From NCBI GenBank assembly GCA_965198065.1, contig CBDAON010000004.1, positions 96,001 to 160,000 on the forward strand: a stretch of 64,000 bases of DNA. Direction: 5' to 3'. A program made the translations under genes and the position numbers. Source of the DNA: Longimicrobiales bacterium (GTDB lineage: Bacteria > Gemmatimonadota > Gemmatimonadetes > Longimicrobiales > Gaopeijiaceae). This document shows, in pieces, positions 51,765 to 60,391 of this stretch. Numbering within the stretch: the first letter of the stretch is position 1; each line of letters starts with the position of its first letter. The notes under the pieces are model-generated. The model made no database searches and was not told the origin of the DNA. It saw only the letters and a program-made list of their open reading frames with translations.

Positions 51765-52703
51765 ATGGCGAGCGAGAAAGGGCCAGGGAAGAGCTACCGG
51801 AAGGGACTGTCGCTGATCGAGGCGTTCGACAGGTTCCCCGACGATGCGGCGGCCGAGCAGTGGTTCGCCAAGGCCCGCTGGGGCGATGAGCCCGCCTGCA
51901 CGCACTGCGGAAGCGTGAACGTCCAGACCGGCGCGAAGCACAAGACCATGCCCTTGCGGTGCCGCGATTGCCGGAAGCGGTTCAGTGTCCGTATGGGTAC
52001 CGCGATGCAGGACTCCAACATCCCACTTCGCAAGTGGGCGATCGCGGCCTACCTGATGACCACGAACCTGAAGGGCGTGTCTTCCATGAAGCTGCACCGG
52101 GATCTGGGAATCGCTCAAAGCTCCGCCTGGCATATGCTGCACCGGCTACGCGAGGCGTGGGCGCATGAGGGTGCGACCTTCGCCGGTCCCGTCGAGGTCG
52201 ACGAGTGCTACATCGGCGGGCTCGAGAAGAACAAGCACGCCGTCAAGAGGGCGCACCTGGGGCGCGGCCCGGTGACCAAGACCGCCGTCGTGGGCGCGAA
52301 GGACCGCCCGACGAATCAGGTCGCGGCACGCGTGGTCGAGGCTACCGACAGCCCGACGCTACAGGGTTTCGTGCAAGGCCGCATCGTGGATGGAGCCAGA
52401 GTGTACACGGACGAAGCGAGGGCGTATGACGGCCTCGCCAATCGGGAGAGCGTAAAGCACTCGGTGTCGGAGTACGTGAACGGGCAGGCCCACACGAACG
52501 GTGTCGAGTCCTTCTGGTCGATGCTCAAGCGCGGCTACCACGGCACCTACCACAAGATGTCCCCGAAGCACCTCCAGCGGTACGTCAACGAGTTCGCCGG
52601 CCGCCACAACGTCCGGCCGCTCGACACCATCCAGCAGATGCACTCCATCGTGCGCGGGCTCGAAGGCAAGCGGCTCCGGTACCGGGACCTGGTCGCCGAC
52701 TGA
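51765..52703 (+). CDS. IS1595-family transposase
   Basis: Zn ribbon CTHC/CRDC, HTH, VEVDECY, YTDE, NGVESFW. Confidence 0.95.
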   Translation: MASEKGPGKSYRKGLSLIEAFDRFPDDAAAEQWFAKARWGDEPACTHCGSVNVQTGAKHKTMPLRCRDCRKRFSVRMGTAMQDSNIPLRKWAIAAYLMTTNLKGVSSMKLHRDLGIAQSSAWHMLHRLREAWAHEGATFAGPVEVDECYIGGLEKNKHAVKRAHLGRGPVTKTAVVGAKDRPTNQVAARVVEATDSPTLQGFVQGRIVDGARVYTDEARAYDGLANRESVKHSVSEYVNGQAHTNGVESFWSMLKRGYHGTYHKMSPKHLQRYVNEFAGRHNVRPLDTIQQMHSIVRGLEGKRLRYRDLVAD

Positions 52704-52724
52704 CACACCTGGCCGGCGGTCTGG

Positions 52725-52880
52725 CTAGAACCCGATCCTGCGCGCCTCTCTTTCCTCTTCCTCTCGCTGTTTGGTCTCTGCCCACCGCATCTCATCAAGA
52801 ACTTTGAGATCGGACATTTCCTCGAACATCTCCAGTAGCAGCTTCCCGAACCGGCCCGGTTGATTCTTGTGCTTCTCCAT
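52725..52880 (-). CDS. 51-aa hypothetical passenger protein
   Basis: GAGGA RBS, MEKHKNQPGRFGK...EEEEREARRIGF; below the ORF-track size cutoff. Confidence 0.5.
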   Translation of the reverse strand: MEKHKNQPGRFGKLLLEMFEEMSDLKVLDEMRWAETKQREEEEREARRIGF

Positions 52881-52952
52881 GGTACTGTCCTCATGGCGTC
52901 AGGCCGCAAAGCGGCCCTGTCTCCCGCCGCTGTGAACGGCGAGTGACTGTTT

Positions 52953-52986
52953 TGGGGCCCCCGGGCGAAATCCCGGGGGCCTTTTG
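52953..52986 (+). terminator. Hairpin with T tract inside the IS1595 element
   Basis: ggcccccggg-cgaaat-cccgggggcc-tttt. Confidence 0.55.
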
Positions 52987-53027
52987 GCATCAGCAAGCTA
53001 AGTGACTGCTTGCCTTGGGTCCATTTC

Positions 53028-54062
53028 TCAGGGCAAGATCGTCTCCCCGTTCCAGTTGTCGGGGAAGGGCTGGTAGCTGACGTGCGGGTAAGCGTTCGGA
53101 GGTGCCACCTGGGTCGGACCGTCCAGGTGGTCGATGAGGGTCCAAATCGCGTCGACACGGATCCCGAAGCCCAAGCTACCGAGACTGATCTGCACGATGT
53201 CACCAGCTGTGTCCCTGACTTCGGCTTCGATGGCTGAATGATTCAAGCCGACGATCCAACCGTTGTGATCGAACACGGGACTGCCGCTCGTGCCACCCGT
53301 CACATCGAAATCGTACTGTAGCTGTACATGCGGGGTTTCTCCCATCAGCCGCATGGCGCTGACCACTCCAGCCTTGAACGTAGCTGTGATTCTTACATCC
53401 GCGGCTTCGCCGGTGGATTCATTCTCACCGGGGAACCCTAGCGTGCCGATGGGCTGGCCTACACTGATTGCGTCGGCATACTCTCGCGGTAGAAGATTGA
53501 AGAGAACCGGCAAATCGCCCTCGATGTCCACAAGTCCGACGTCTTCTGAGTAGGGTGTCCCGTCGTAAGCGGGGTGCTTCCAGTACCGGTCGTGATTGAC
53601 CCAGTAGGCTTGGCCGTCGAAAGTGGTGCCGGCCTGGACGACCAAGAACCTGGGATTGCGATCCGCCCATTCATCGAGGACCTCGAGCATCCCGTCGACA
53701 CAGTGTGCGTTCGTCCAGATCATGCTTGTGTAGTAGGCTGCGAAGGCGCTGCAATAGTTGAGGAAGCGCGACCGACCGTCCTGGGGGCTCGTGTAAAAAA
53801 ACCCGAGCAGGTACGTGGTCTTCTGGATTCTGTGCTCGGTGAGCACCCTGCCCCAGTCCAAGGGGTCGCCCTCGGGGCCCTGGGGGCCGGTGCCGCCCTG
53901 TGGGCCCCCGGGGCCCTGTGGACCTTCCGGGCCCGTGCCTCCGGTGATCCCCTGCACACCCTGCGGCCCGGTCGCGCCTTGTGGGCCTATGGGTCCGGGA
54001 TCGCCGGTGCATCCGGCAATCAGAAAGATGGTGGCCAGCGTGAGTGCGCTGCAGCGGTTCAT
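53028..54062 (-). CDS. Lipoprotein with collagen-like repeat and trypsin-like serine protease domain
   Basis: Lipobox LIAGC, 16 Gly-X-Y triplets, catalytic triad motifs TNAHC / DVGLV / [16 protein letters not shown]. Confidence 0.88.
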   Translation of the reverse strand: MNRCSALTLATIFLIAGCTGDPGPIGPQGATGPQGVQGITGGTGPEGPQGPGGPQGGTGPQGPEGDPLDWGRVLTEHRIQKTTYLLGFFYTSPQDGRSRFLNYCSAFAAYYTSMIWTNAHCVDGMLEVLDEWADRNPRFLVVQAGTTFDGQAYWVNHDRYWKHPAYDGTPYSEDVGLVDIEGDLPVLFNLLPREYADAISVGQPIGTLGFPGENESTGEAADVRITATFKAGVVSAMRLMGETPHVQLQYDFDVTGGTSGSPVFDHNGWIVGLNHSAIEAEVRDTAGDIVQISLGSLGFGIRVDAIWTLIDHLDGPTQVAPPNAYPHVSYQPFPDNWNGETILP

Positions 54063-54414
54063 CGTGCCCTCCCCGAGATGGTGGGGTCCACCAACGCACG
54101 GAGCACACACGAGGAAGGGCCTGCCTCTTCACCCGGGAGTTCAGGAATGCTTCCGCTTGTCGATGACCGATGTTGGGATGACGACCCGGAGGTGCCGGGC
54201 CGTTGTCGCCAAGTCACGAGGGAACGTGCGAGGCTCGCTTATTCGCCCTCCCCCTTGGGACTGCGGGAGCTACCCGCGTGGAACGCCCTCGGGATCTACA
54301 GGCTGTTGTATTCAGCGAGCGACCCGACAGAAACCGGGTCCCTCGACTTGACGACAATGACACCATAGACTTCGATTGTACCGAACGCAACCACGCACCC
54401 AATGGCGGAGACCG

Positions 54415-54597
54415 ATGACTGAATCCAAGAAAGCAACGAAGCCCGCCAGCCCCACCCGCGACGAGCACTTCCCGCACATCGACGCGACACCCGAGCAGCT
54501 GGCCCAAGCCCTGATGCGGACGAAGCCCCGCAAGCTCGACGAATGGGACTACATGAAGGATACTAGCAACCCCTCACCGGAGTCCGACGAGCCGTGA
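54415..54597 (+). CDS. 60-aa hypothetical protein at the IS1595 right end
   Basis: GGAG RBS, PHIDATPEQLAQALMR; stop codon overlaps the IR. Confidence 0.6.
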   Translation: MTESKKATKPASPTRDEHFPHIDATPEQLAQALMRTKPRKLDEWDYMKDTSNPSPESDEP

Positions 54598-54741
54598 GGC
54601 TTGGGCACCATTCGCTATAATTCCCTTCTGACTCCTGTCAATGAGTGGCTCGACCTGTATCGCTGAGGATCGGCGACGATTCAGATTGGGGGCCTAGAAG
54701 GGCAGGGTGCTGACCCTATATGCACCCTATCCATATCAGGA

Positions 54742-54797
54742 ATGACCACGTCACCCATCACCCGCCTGAACGCAGCCCTCAAAGGCCGCTACCGCAA
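54742..54797 (+). pseudogene. Possible remnant N-terminus of a Ser/Thr protein kinase
   Basis: MTTSPITRLNAALKGRYR resembles the leader preceding Gemmatimonadota kinase domains (from recall). Confidence 0.4.
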
Positions 54798-54951
54798 GGG
54801 TCTACCACCGCTCACCCCGTCGCCGCCCCTCCACACATCCAGTCGTCCCATTCGAGCATCGCTAGATGCCTAGCCGACCGCCTCGCCTCGGCGTATACTT
54901 GCGACGGAGGGAAGCGGTTTCCGGGTAGCCTCATCTGCGAAGGAGGGACCC

Positions 54952-56247
54952 ATGGCTTCGAAACACCCTGATCGAAGGGATTTCCTAAAACGCGGGGCGG
55001 CGTTGGCCGGTGGCTTTGCCGTGGGGGGTGTGGGGGGGGCGATTGGGAGTGCGGGGGGGGCGATCGGCCAGACGCCACCATCTGGACAGTCCGTCGAGCG
55101 CCAGGACTATTCAAGCGCAGAACTGATCGCCTATGGCCAGCGCTCCCGTTTCGTGACGTCGGAACGGATACCGCACGGCGGCAGGCCTTCACCCGATGAG
55201 TTTGGGCTCGTCTTTCATGTGGCGAATCCGCTTCAGGATTCGGTGGGGGTGATCACCCCGTCCGCGCTCCACCATGTGGCGACCACGCGTGGCTCCTTCG
55301 TTCCGGACATCGATCCGCGGGAGCATCAGCTCATGATCCACGGCATGGTGGACCGTGAGCTGATCTTCACCATGGAAGATTTGTTGCGTCTCCCTGCGGT
55401 GACCCGCCTTAATTTCATCGAGTGCGCGGGGAACCGTGCGAGTTCGCGGCACGAGACGGTGCAGGAAACGCACGGGCTGACCAGTTGCGCCGAATGGACC
55501 GGAGTGCCCCTGTCTTTGCTGCTCAACGAGGCGGGCGTTCGGACCGGGGGGACCTGGATCGTAGCGGAAGGGGTGGAGAACGTGAGAGGAGCGTCGAGCA
55601 TTCCGATGACTAAGGCGATGGACGACTGTCTGGTCTGCTACGGCATGAACGGCGAGGCGGTACGTCCCCAGCAGGGCTTCCCGCTCCGGCTGATGGTTCC
55701 CGGCTTCGAGGGAATCTTCCACGTGAAGTGGCTGAGGCGGATCAAGGTGGTGGACCGGTACTACATGACCTACAACGACTACGGACATCTTCGTCAGGAC
55801 CCCGTCAACGCTGCGCTGAGTTACCAGATCGGACCGAAGTCGGTCATCACCTATCCCTCCGGAGGACAACAGCTGCCCGACCGCAGATTCTACGAGATCC
55901 GCGGCCTGGCCTGGTCGGGCGGGGGGGCCATTCGCAGGGTGGAGGTATCCACCGACGGTGGCCGGAGTTGGACGGACGCCCAAATCAGTGGGATCCCACA
56001 GCGCATGGCGCATGCCCGATTCACCTTCCCCTGGACTTGGGACGGAACAGAGACCGAGCTCATGTCGCGCTCCACGGACGAGCTGGGCCAGCTTCAGCCG
56101 ACGCGAGCTGAGGGCGCCGAGTTCTGGAGGACCGGAAGGGCCTACCCCGGGGCTCCGGATCAGCCAATCCGTTTCACGGGCCAGGACAATTCCATTCAGC
56201 CGTGGAGGATCACGAGCGATGGGAGCGTTCAAAATGCGATCGCTTAG
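54952..56247 (+). CDS. Tat-exported sulfite oxidase-family molybdoenzyme (SoxC-like)
   Basis: DRRDFLK Tat motif, ECAGN Mo-ligand, MNGE, GFPLRL, VKWL, dimerisation domain GLAWSG. Confidence 0.9.
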   Translation: MASKHPDRRDFLKRGAALAGGFAVGGVGGAIGSAGGAIGQTPPSGQSVERQDYSSAELIAYGQRSRFVTSERIPHGGRPSPDEFGLVFHVANPLQDSVGVITPSALHHVATTRGSFVPDIDPREHQLMIHGMVDRELIFTMEDLLRLPAVTRLNFIECAGNRASSRHETVQETHGLTSCAEWTGVPLSLLLNEAGVRTGGTWIVAEGVENVRGASSIPMTKAMDDCLVCYGMNGEAVRPQQGFPLRLMVPGFEGIFHVKWLRRIKVVDRYYMTYNDYGHLRQDPVNAALSYQIGPKSVITYPSGGQQLPDRRFYEIRGLAWSGGGAIRRVEVSTDGGRSWTDAQISGIPQRMAHARFTFPWTWDGTETELMSRSTDELGQLQPTRAEGAEFWRTGRAYPGAPDQPIRFTGQDNSIQPWRITSDGSVQNAIA

Positions 56248-56797
56248 GCTTCTCCCGCTTCTGATGCTCCTGGGGGCGGGCTCCGCGATGGCGCAGTCGC
56301 CCACCTATGGTGTGGGAAGGACCCCGACGCTGGAAGAAATCCGTGCCTGGGATATCTCCATCGGTCCTACGGGAGAGGAACTCCCGCCGGGAAGTGGAAC
56401 CGCCACGGAAGGCGCGCTGGTCTATGGGCAGAAGTGCGCGTTCTGCCACGGAGCGGAAGGGACAGGCGGCCAAGCTCCCAGGTTGGTCAAGCGCGAAACG
56501 GGACCGATTGAGGACCCCTGGGACTTTGGACGGATACTGGCGATCCGCTCCCCGTACGCGACGGGGGTATGGGACTTCATCAATCGCGGCATGCCTCTCA
56601 ACGGAGCAGAAACCCTTACAGCCGATGAGGTCTACGCACTGACGGCCTTACTGCTCTACTGGAACGACCTCGTCGCGGAGGACGAGGTGCTCGACGCCGA
56701 GAGTCTGCCGATGGTGGAGATGCCCAATCGTGATAACTGGGCTCCCCTACCGGATTGGCAGCCCGGGCAGCCAAGGCTTCCAGGCTACCCCTACTGA
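56234..56797 (+). CDS. Monoheme cytochrome c (SoxD-like)
   Basis: YGVGRTPT...WDISI...LPPGSG, CAFCH, MP; overlaps the upstream gene. Confidence 0.88.
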   Translation: MRSLRLLPLLMLLGAGSAMAQSPTYGVGRTPTLEEIRAWDISIGPTGEELPPGSGTATEGALVYGQKCAFCHGAEGTGGQAPRLVKRETGPIEDPWDFGRILAIRSPYATGVWDFINRGMPLNGAETLTADEVYALTALLLYWNDLVAEDEVLDAESLPMVEMPNRDNWAPLPDWQPGQPRLPGYPY

Positions 56798-57035
56798 CCT
56801 ACGCGTCGTAACGCTTTCTAAGGGGGCGAAGCGCCACCCTTAGGCCGCTGGGGGGCGAACCTCTTTCTTTCGAGCCTGGTCGATCGGGCCGCGATCGCCG
56901 CCCGCATGAACTAGCCGATCTCCCGTCGCTATCGGCAGCGGCAGACGCCGCTACTTCACCGTGGCTGCCCTTGGGTCCCCGTGCGGCCACGCCGACTTCG
57001 CCACTCCCTGGAGCCCTTCAGTGGAGGTCGAACCG

Positions 57036-58073
57036 ATGAAACGCTTTCGCATCATTGCGGTTTGCTTCACAACGACCCTGCTCGCTTCCGCACAAGGAGC
57101 CTACGGGCAGGGTTTTCAGGCACATCCCTCGACCCAGGATCCCACGGTGATCGTTACGCTCGAGACGCTCGCGGCGTGGGAAGACGCGCTGTCCAACTGG
57201 GGACGCTGGGGCCCTGACGACCAGCGCGGTACCCTGAACCTGATCACCGCGGAGAAGACGAGGCAGGCCGCAGCGCTGGTCACGGAGGGCGAGACCGTGA
57301 CCCTCCAGCACTTCGTGACGGGCGAAGAGGCGATGGACAGCCAGGCCTTCGGACCCACGAGACACTGGATGAGCCGGGTCGATCCCGACACCGGATTGCC
57401 GACCTTCGCTCTGGATGAGATCCAGTTCTCGCTGCACGACGGGATGCTCTCGCATATGGACGCTCTCTGCCATTACAGGACGGAGATCGACGGTGAGTAC
57501 GTAATCTTCAACGGGTATCGCCAGAATCTCACCGTAGACGGGTGCGAGGACCTGGCGATCGATCGGATGGGGACCTCGTACGTCACCCGGGGCGTTCTCG
57601 TGGACATTCCCCTCATGCGAGGGGTCGAATGGCTCGAGCCGAGCACACCGATCTACGCCACCGACCTCGAGGAATGGGAGGAGTTCGCGGGCGTTACCAT
57701 AGGCAGCGGGGACGTCTTGCTGGTTCGCACAGGTCGCTGGTCCAGGCGAGACGCGGAAGGGCCGTGGGCTTACGGCCAAGGAGGTGCGGGCCTTCACGCT
57801 TCCGTACTCCCGTGGCTGCATGAACGGGACGTTGCCGTTCTGGTGGGGGATGCGGTCAACGACGTGCAGCCATCGGGCGTCGAAGGGATCAACCGGCCGA
57901 TCCACCAGCTTACCCAGGTAAATCTCGGTCTTCCGATCGTGGACAACGGATACCTGAAGGACGCCGCGGCCACGGCTGCACGACTCCAGCGATGGGAGTT
58001 CATGGTGGCGATTCAGATCAACCCGGTGCCCGGCGGAACCGCGAGTCCGTTCAACGCGCTGGCCACGTTCTAA
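57036..58073 (+). CDS. Secreted cyclase (kynurenine formamidase-like) family protein
   Basis: NWGRWGPDDQRGTLN, SHMDALCH, GDVLLVRTG, GGTASP. Confidence 0.88.
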   Translation: MKRFRIIAVCFTTTLLASAQGAYGQGFQAHPSTQDPTVIVTLETLAAWEDALSNWGRWGPDDQRGTLNLITAEKTRQAAALVTEGETVTLQHFVTGEEAMDSQAFGPTRHWMSRVDPDTGLPTFALDEIQFSLHDGMLSHMDALCHYRTEIDGEYVIFNGYRQNLTVDGCEDLAIDRMGTSYVTRGVLVDIPLMRGVEWLEPSTPIYATDLEEWEEFAGVTIGSGDVLLVRTGRWSRRDAEGPWAYGQGGAGLHASVLPWLHERDVAVLVGDAVNDVQPSGVEGINRPIHQLTQVNLGLPIVDNGYLKDAAATAARLQRWEFMVAIQINPVPGGTASPFNALATF

Positions 58074-58115
58074 ACCGCTGGACGAGGCCACCCCGATCCT
58101 CGGAGAAGCCCCACG

Positions 58116-59756
58116 ATGACGAAAGACCGTTTTGACGCTCGGGAGTCTATCGCTGGGAAGGCGGGATCCCTCCTGACCCGGCGGCAGGTCCTCGAGTGGT
58201 TTGGGGCCCTCGGGGGGTCGTCGATGGTGCTCGGAGCCATGGGAGCGTGGAACCTGCGAGCCGAGCCGATCGGTCCGCGGCCCAACCTGACCGGGACCGC
58301 GAAAGCCCAGGGCACTCGGGTGATCATCCTGGGTGCCGGCGTTTCCGGGATGATCGTGGGATACGAGCTGAGCCGGCTCGGTTACGTGTATCGGATCCTC
58401 GAGGCGCGGGATCGGGTGGGAGGCCTGTGCTGGACGGTGCGCCGGGGTGACACCCACACCGAGCTCGGGCCTGGCGGCGAGGCGCAGATCTGCCAGTTCG
58501 ACGCGGGGCAGTACTTCAACTCCGGAGCCTGGCGGCTCCCCCACGATGACGATGGAATCATGGGGTACATCAAAGACCTCGATGTCCGCCTCGAGCCGTT
58601 CAACGACATGAACGAGGTCTTCTTCAGCGAAAACCCGGCGCTGGGTCCGATGGCGAATCGGAAGGTCCACCTCCGCGAGATCACCTCGGACATGTGGGGG
58701 CACACGACCGAGCTGCTGGCAAAGGCGGTGAATCAGGGCGCTCTCGACGACACGCTTACGACAGAGGATAAGGAGCTCCTGGTCGAGTTCCTCGTAAGAG
58801 CCGGTTATTTGGACAGCGCGGACCAGGTGTATCGGCCGAACGTGCGAGCCCGCGGGTCGGCGGAGGCGTACGATCTGACCACGCTCCTCCAAGTGCCGTT
58901 CCGGAACCAGGTCCGCTCGCTCACCTCGAACACGGGGGGACCGGTTCCCGTCTTCCAGCCGACGGGCGGCATGCAGGAGATCCCCGAGGCCTTCGCCCGC
59001 TACCACGGGCCCCGCATCACCATGAATGCGCGGGTGACCTCGATCCGCTCCCTCGAGAACGAGGTCCGTGTGGTGTGGGAAGACACGCGGACCGGGATTC
59101 GCCAGGAGGAGATCGCGGATTACGTGGTGTCGTGCCTTCCTATGTCGATCCTGAAGCAGCTCGATGTGACCTTTCCGGCGAACGTCGCGCCGATCATCCA
59201 GGCTTACGGACACAGCTCGAGCTCGAAGATGGGCTTCCAAATGAGACGCCGCTTCTGGGAGGAGGAAGACGGGATCTACGGCGGTCACCTGCAGTTCCAG
59301 GCCTACGACGCGGCGGGAGCGGGAGGCGGTAGCCAGACCGGCCTCTCGAATCTCCTCCCCTCGTTCTCGTACCCCTCGAACGACTACGTCTCTAAGAAGG
59401 GTATCCTCCTGGGGTTTTACGGGAACCCGAACATCTCGGGTGTGGACGGCGTGCCGCTCATCGACTCACCGATTCGGATGCGGTTCGAGCACGTGCTCAC
59501 ACACGCGAGCAAGGTCCACCCACAGATGCGCGCGGAGCTGGAGAGCGGGTACGCGGTCATGTGGTCGAAGGTCCCGTTCAGCGAGGGAGCGTGGGCGAGC
59601 AGCCCGGGAGAGAACATGTCCCTGTTGAGTCAGCCCTACGGTCGGATCTACTTGGGCTCCGCGGCAATCAGCAACCGGCCGGCGTGGCTGGAAGGAGCGG
59701 TAGAGTCCGCGTGGCGGACCGTCGAGAACCTGCACGAGAGGGTGGTGAACGAATAA
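58116..59756 (+). CDS. Flavin monoamine / L-amino-acid oxidase family protein
   Basis: TRRQVL Tat-like leader, GAGVSG, EARDRVGG, GGM, WLEGAVES. Confidence 0.9.
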   Translation: MTKDRFDARESIAGKAGSLLTRRQVLEWFGALGGSSMVLGAMGAWNLRAEPIGPRPNLTGTAKAQGTRVIILGAGVSGMIVGYELSRLGYVYRILEARDRVGGLCWTVRRGDTHTELGPGGEAQICQFDAGQYFNSGAWRLPHDDDGIMGYIKDLDVRLEPFNDMNEVFFSENPALGPMANRKVHLREITSDMWGHTTELLAKAVNQGALDDTLTTEDKELLVEFLVRAGYLDSADQVYRPNVRARGSAEAYDLTTLLQVPFRNQVRSLTSNTGGPVPVFQPTGGMQEIPEAFARYHGPRITMNARVTSIRSLENEVRVVWEDTRTGIRQEEIADYVVSCLPMSILKQLDVTFPANVAPIIQAYGHSSSSKMGFQMRRRFWEEEDGIYGGHLQFQAYDAAGAGGGSQTGLSNLLPSFSYPSNDYVSKKGILLGFYGNPNISGVDGVPLIDSPIRMRFEHVLTHASKVHPQMRAELESGYAVMWSKVPFSEGAWASSPGENMSLLSQPYGRIYLGSAAISNRPAWLEGAVESAWRTVENLHERVVNE

Positions 59757-59779
59757 CTGCCGGTCGTCCGTCGCCTGGC

Positions 59780-59870
59780 ATGCCAATCGTTGGGAGGATG
59801 GGGTCGTGAACAAGGTGAGGAGGTACTCCCCTGAGACGTGGGAGAGGGCAGTTCGGCTGGTGTTCGCGGA
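59780..59870 (+). mobile_element. Remnant 5' end of a third IS3-type orfA
   Basis: GGAGG RBS, then VNKVRRYSPETWERAVRLVF. Confidence 0.5.
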
Positions 59871-60266
59871 GTCTGTGGGGAGGTGAGGAAGATTGGAGAC
59901 CGCTGGCCCGGGCCGGCTTTCTCCGCCAGGCTTGTCGCCGGCCCAGCCGCGGTCGTCCTGGCCGGCCTGATCGTGCTCCGGGTGTCGCCGGAGCCCGTGA
60001 CCTGGCGAGGCGTCTCGCTCTTTACCGCCGTGGCACTCCCCACGTGGGCGGTCCTCCACGCGATCCTGGGCCGCGTCATGCGCTTCGTGGCCAAGCTCCG
60101 ACACCCGCTTTCGGACCGGCTCCTCAACATCACGGCCGCGACCGGTGGGAGCCGGAGGGCGTGGGCGTCCCTCCTCAGGGACCCACCGTACCTTGCGTGT
60201 TACACGGGGGCCCTCGCTGTGAAGTGGCTCGCGGTGATCTGCGTCGGGTGTTGGGCCGTCCTGTAG
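59870..60266 (+). other. Hydrophobic ORF or 3' fragment of a membrane protein
   Basis: About three TM-like segments; no clear start of its own. Confidence 0.35.
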
Positions 60267-60391
60267 CGGCTCGGCACCCTTTCATAGCTAGGGCCGAAAG
60301 TCGAACAGTACCATCGGTTCGAACGTGATTGGGACTGCGATCCACACGGCCGTTTGCTGGTCTGGACCCGCCTGACACCCGAAGGACGTCA

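Larger units (their letters stand above)
51658..54625 (+). mobile_element. IS1595-family element with passenger genes
   Basis: 30-bp perfect IR GGGAATTATAGCGAATGGTGCCCAAGCCTC; 8-bp TSD TTCTGACT at 51650-51657 and 54626-54633. Confidence 0.95.

Noticed and set aside
57018..59288. 756-aa minus-strand ORF, and similar long ORFs such as 18658..20637 and most of 11475..12545
   Set aside because: Shadow frames of well-supported genes, expected in high-GC DNA
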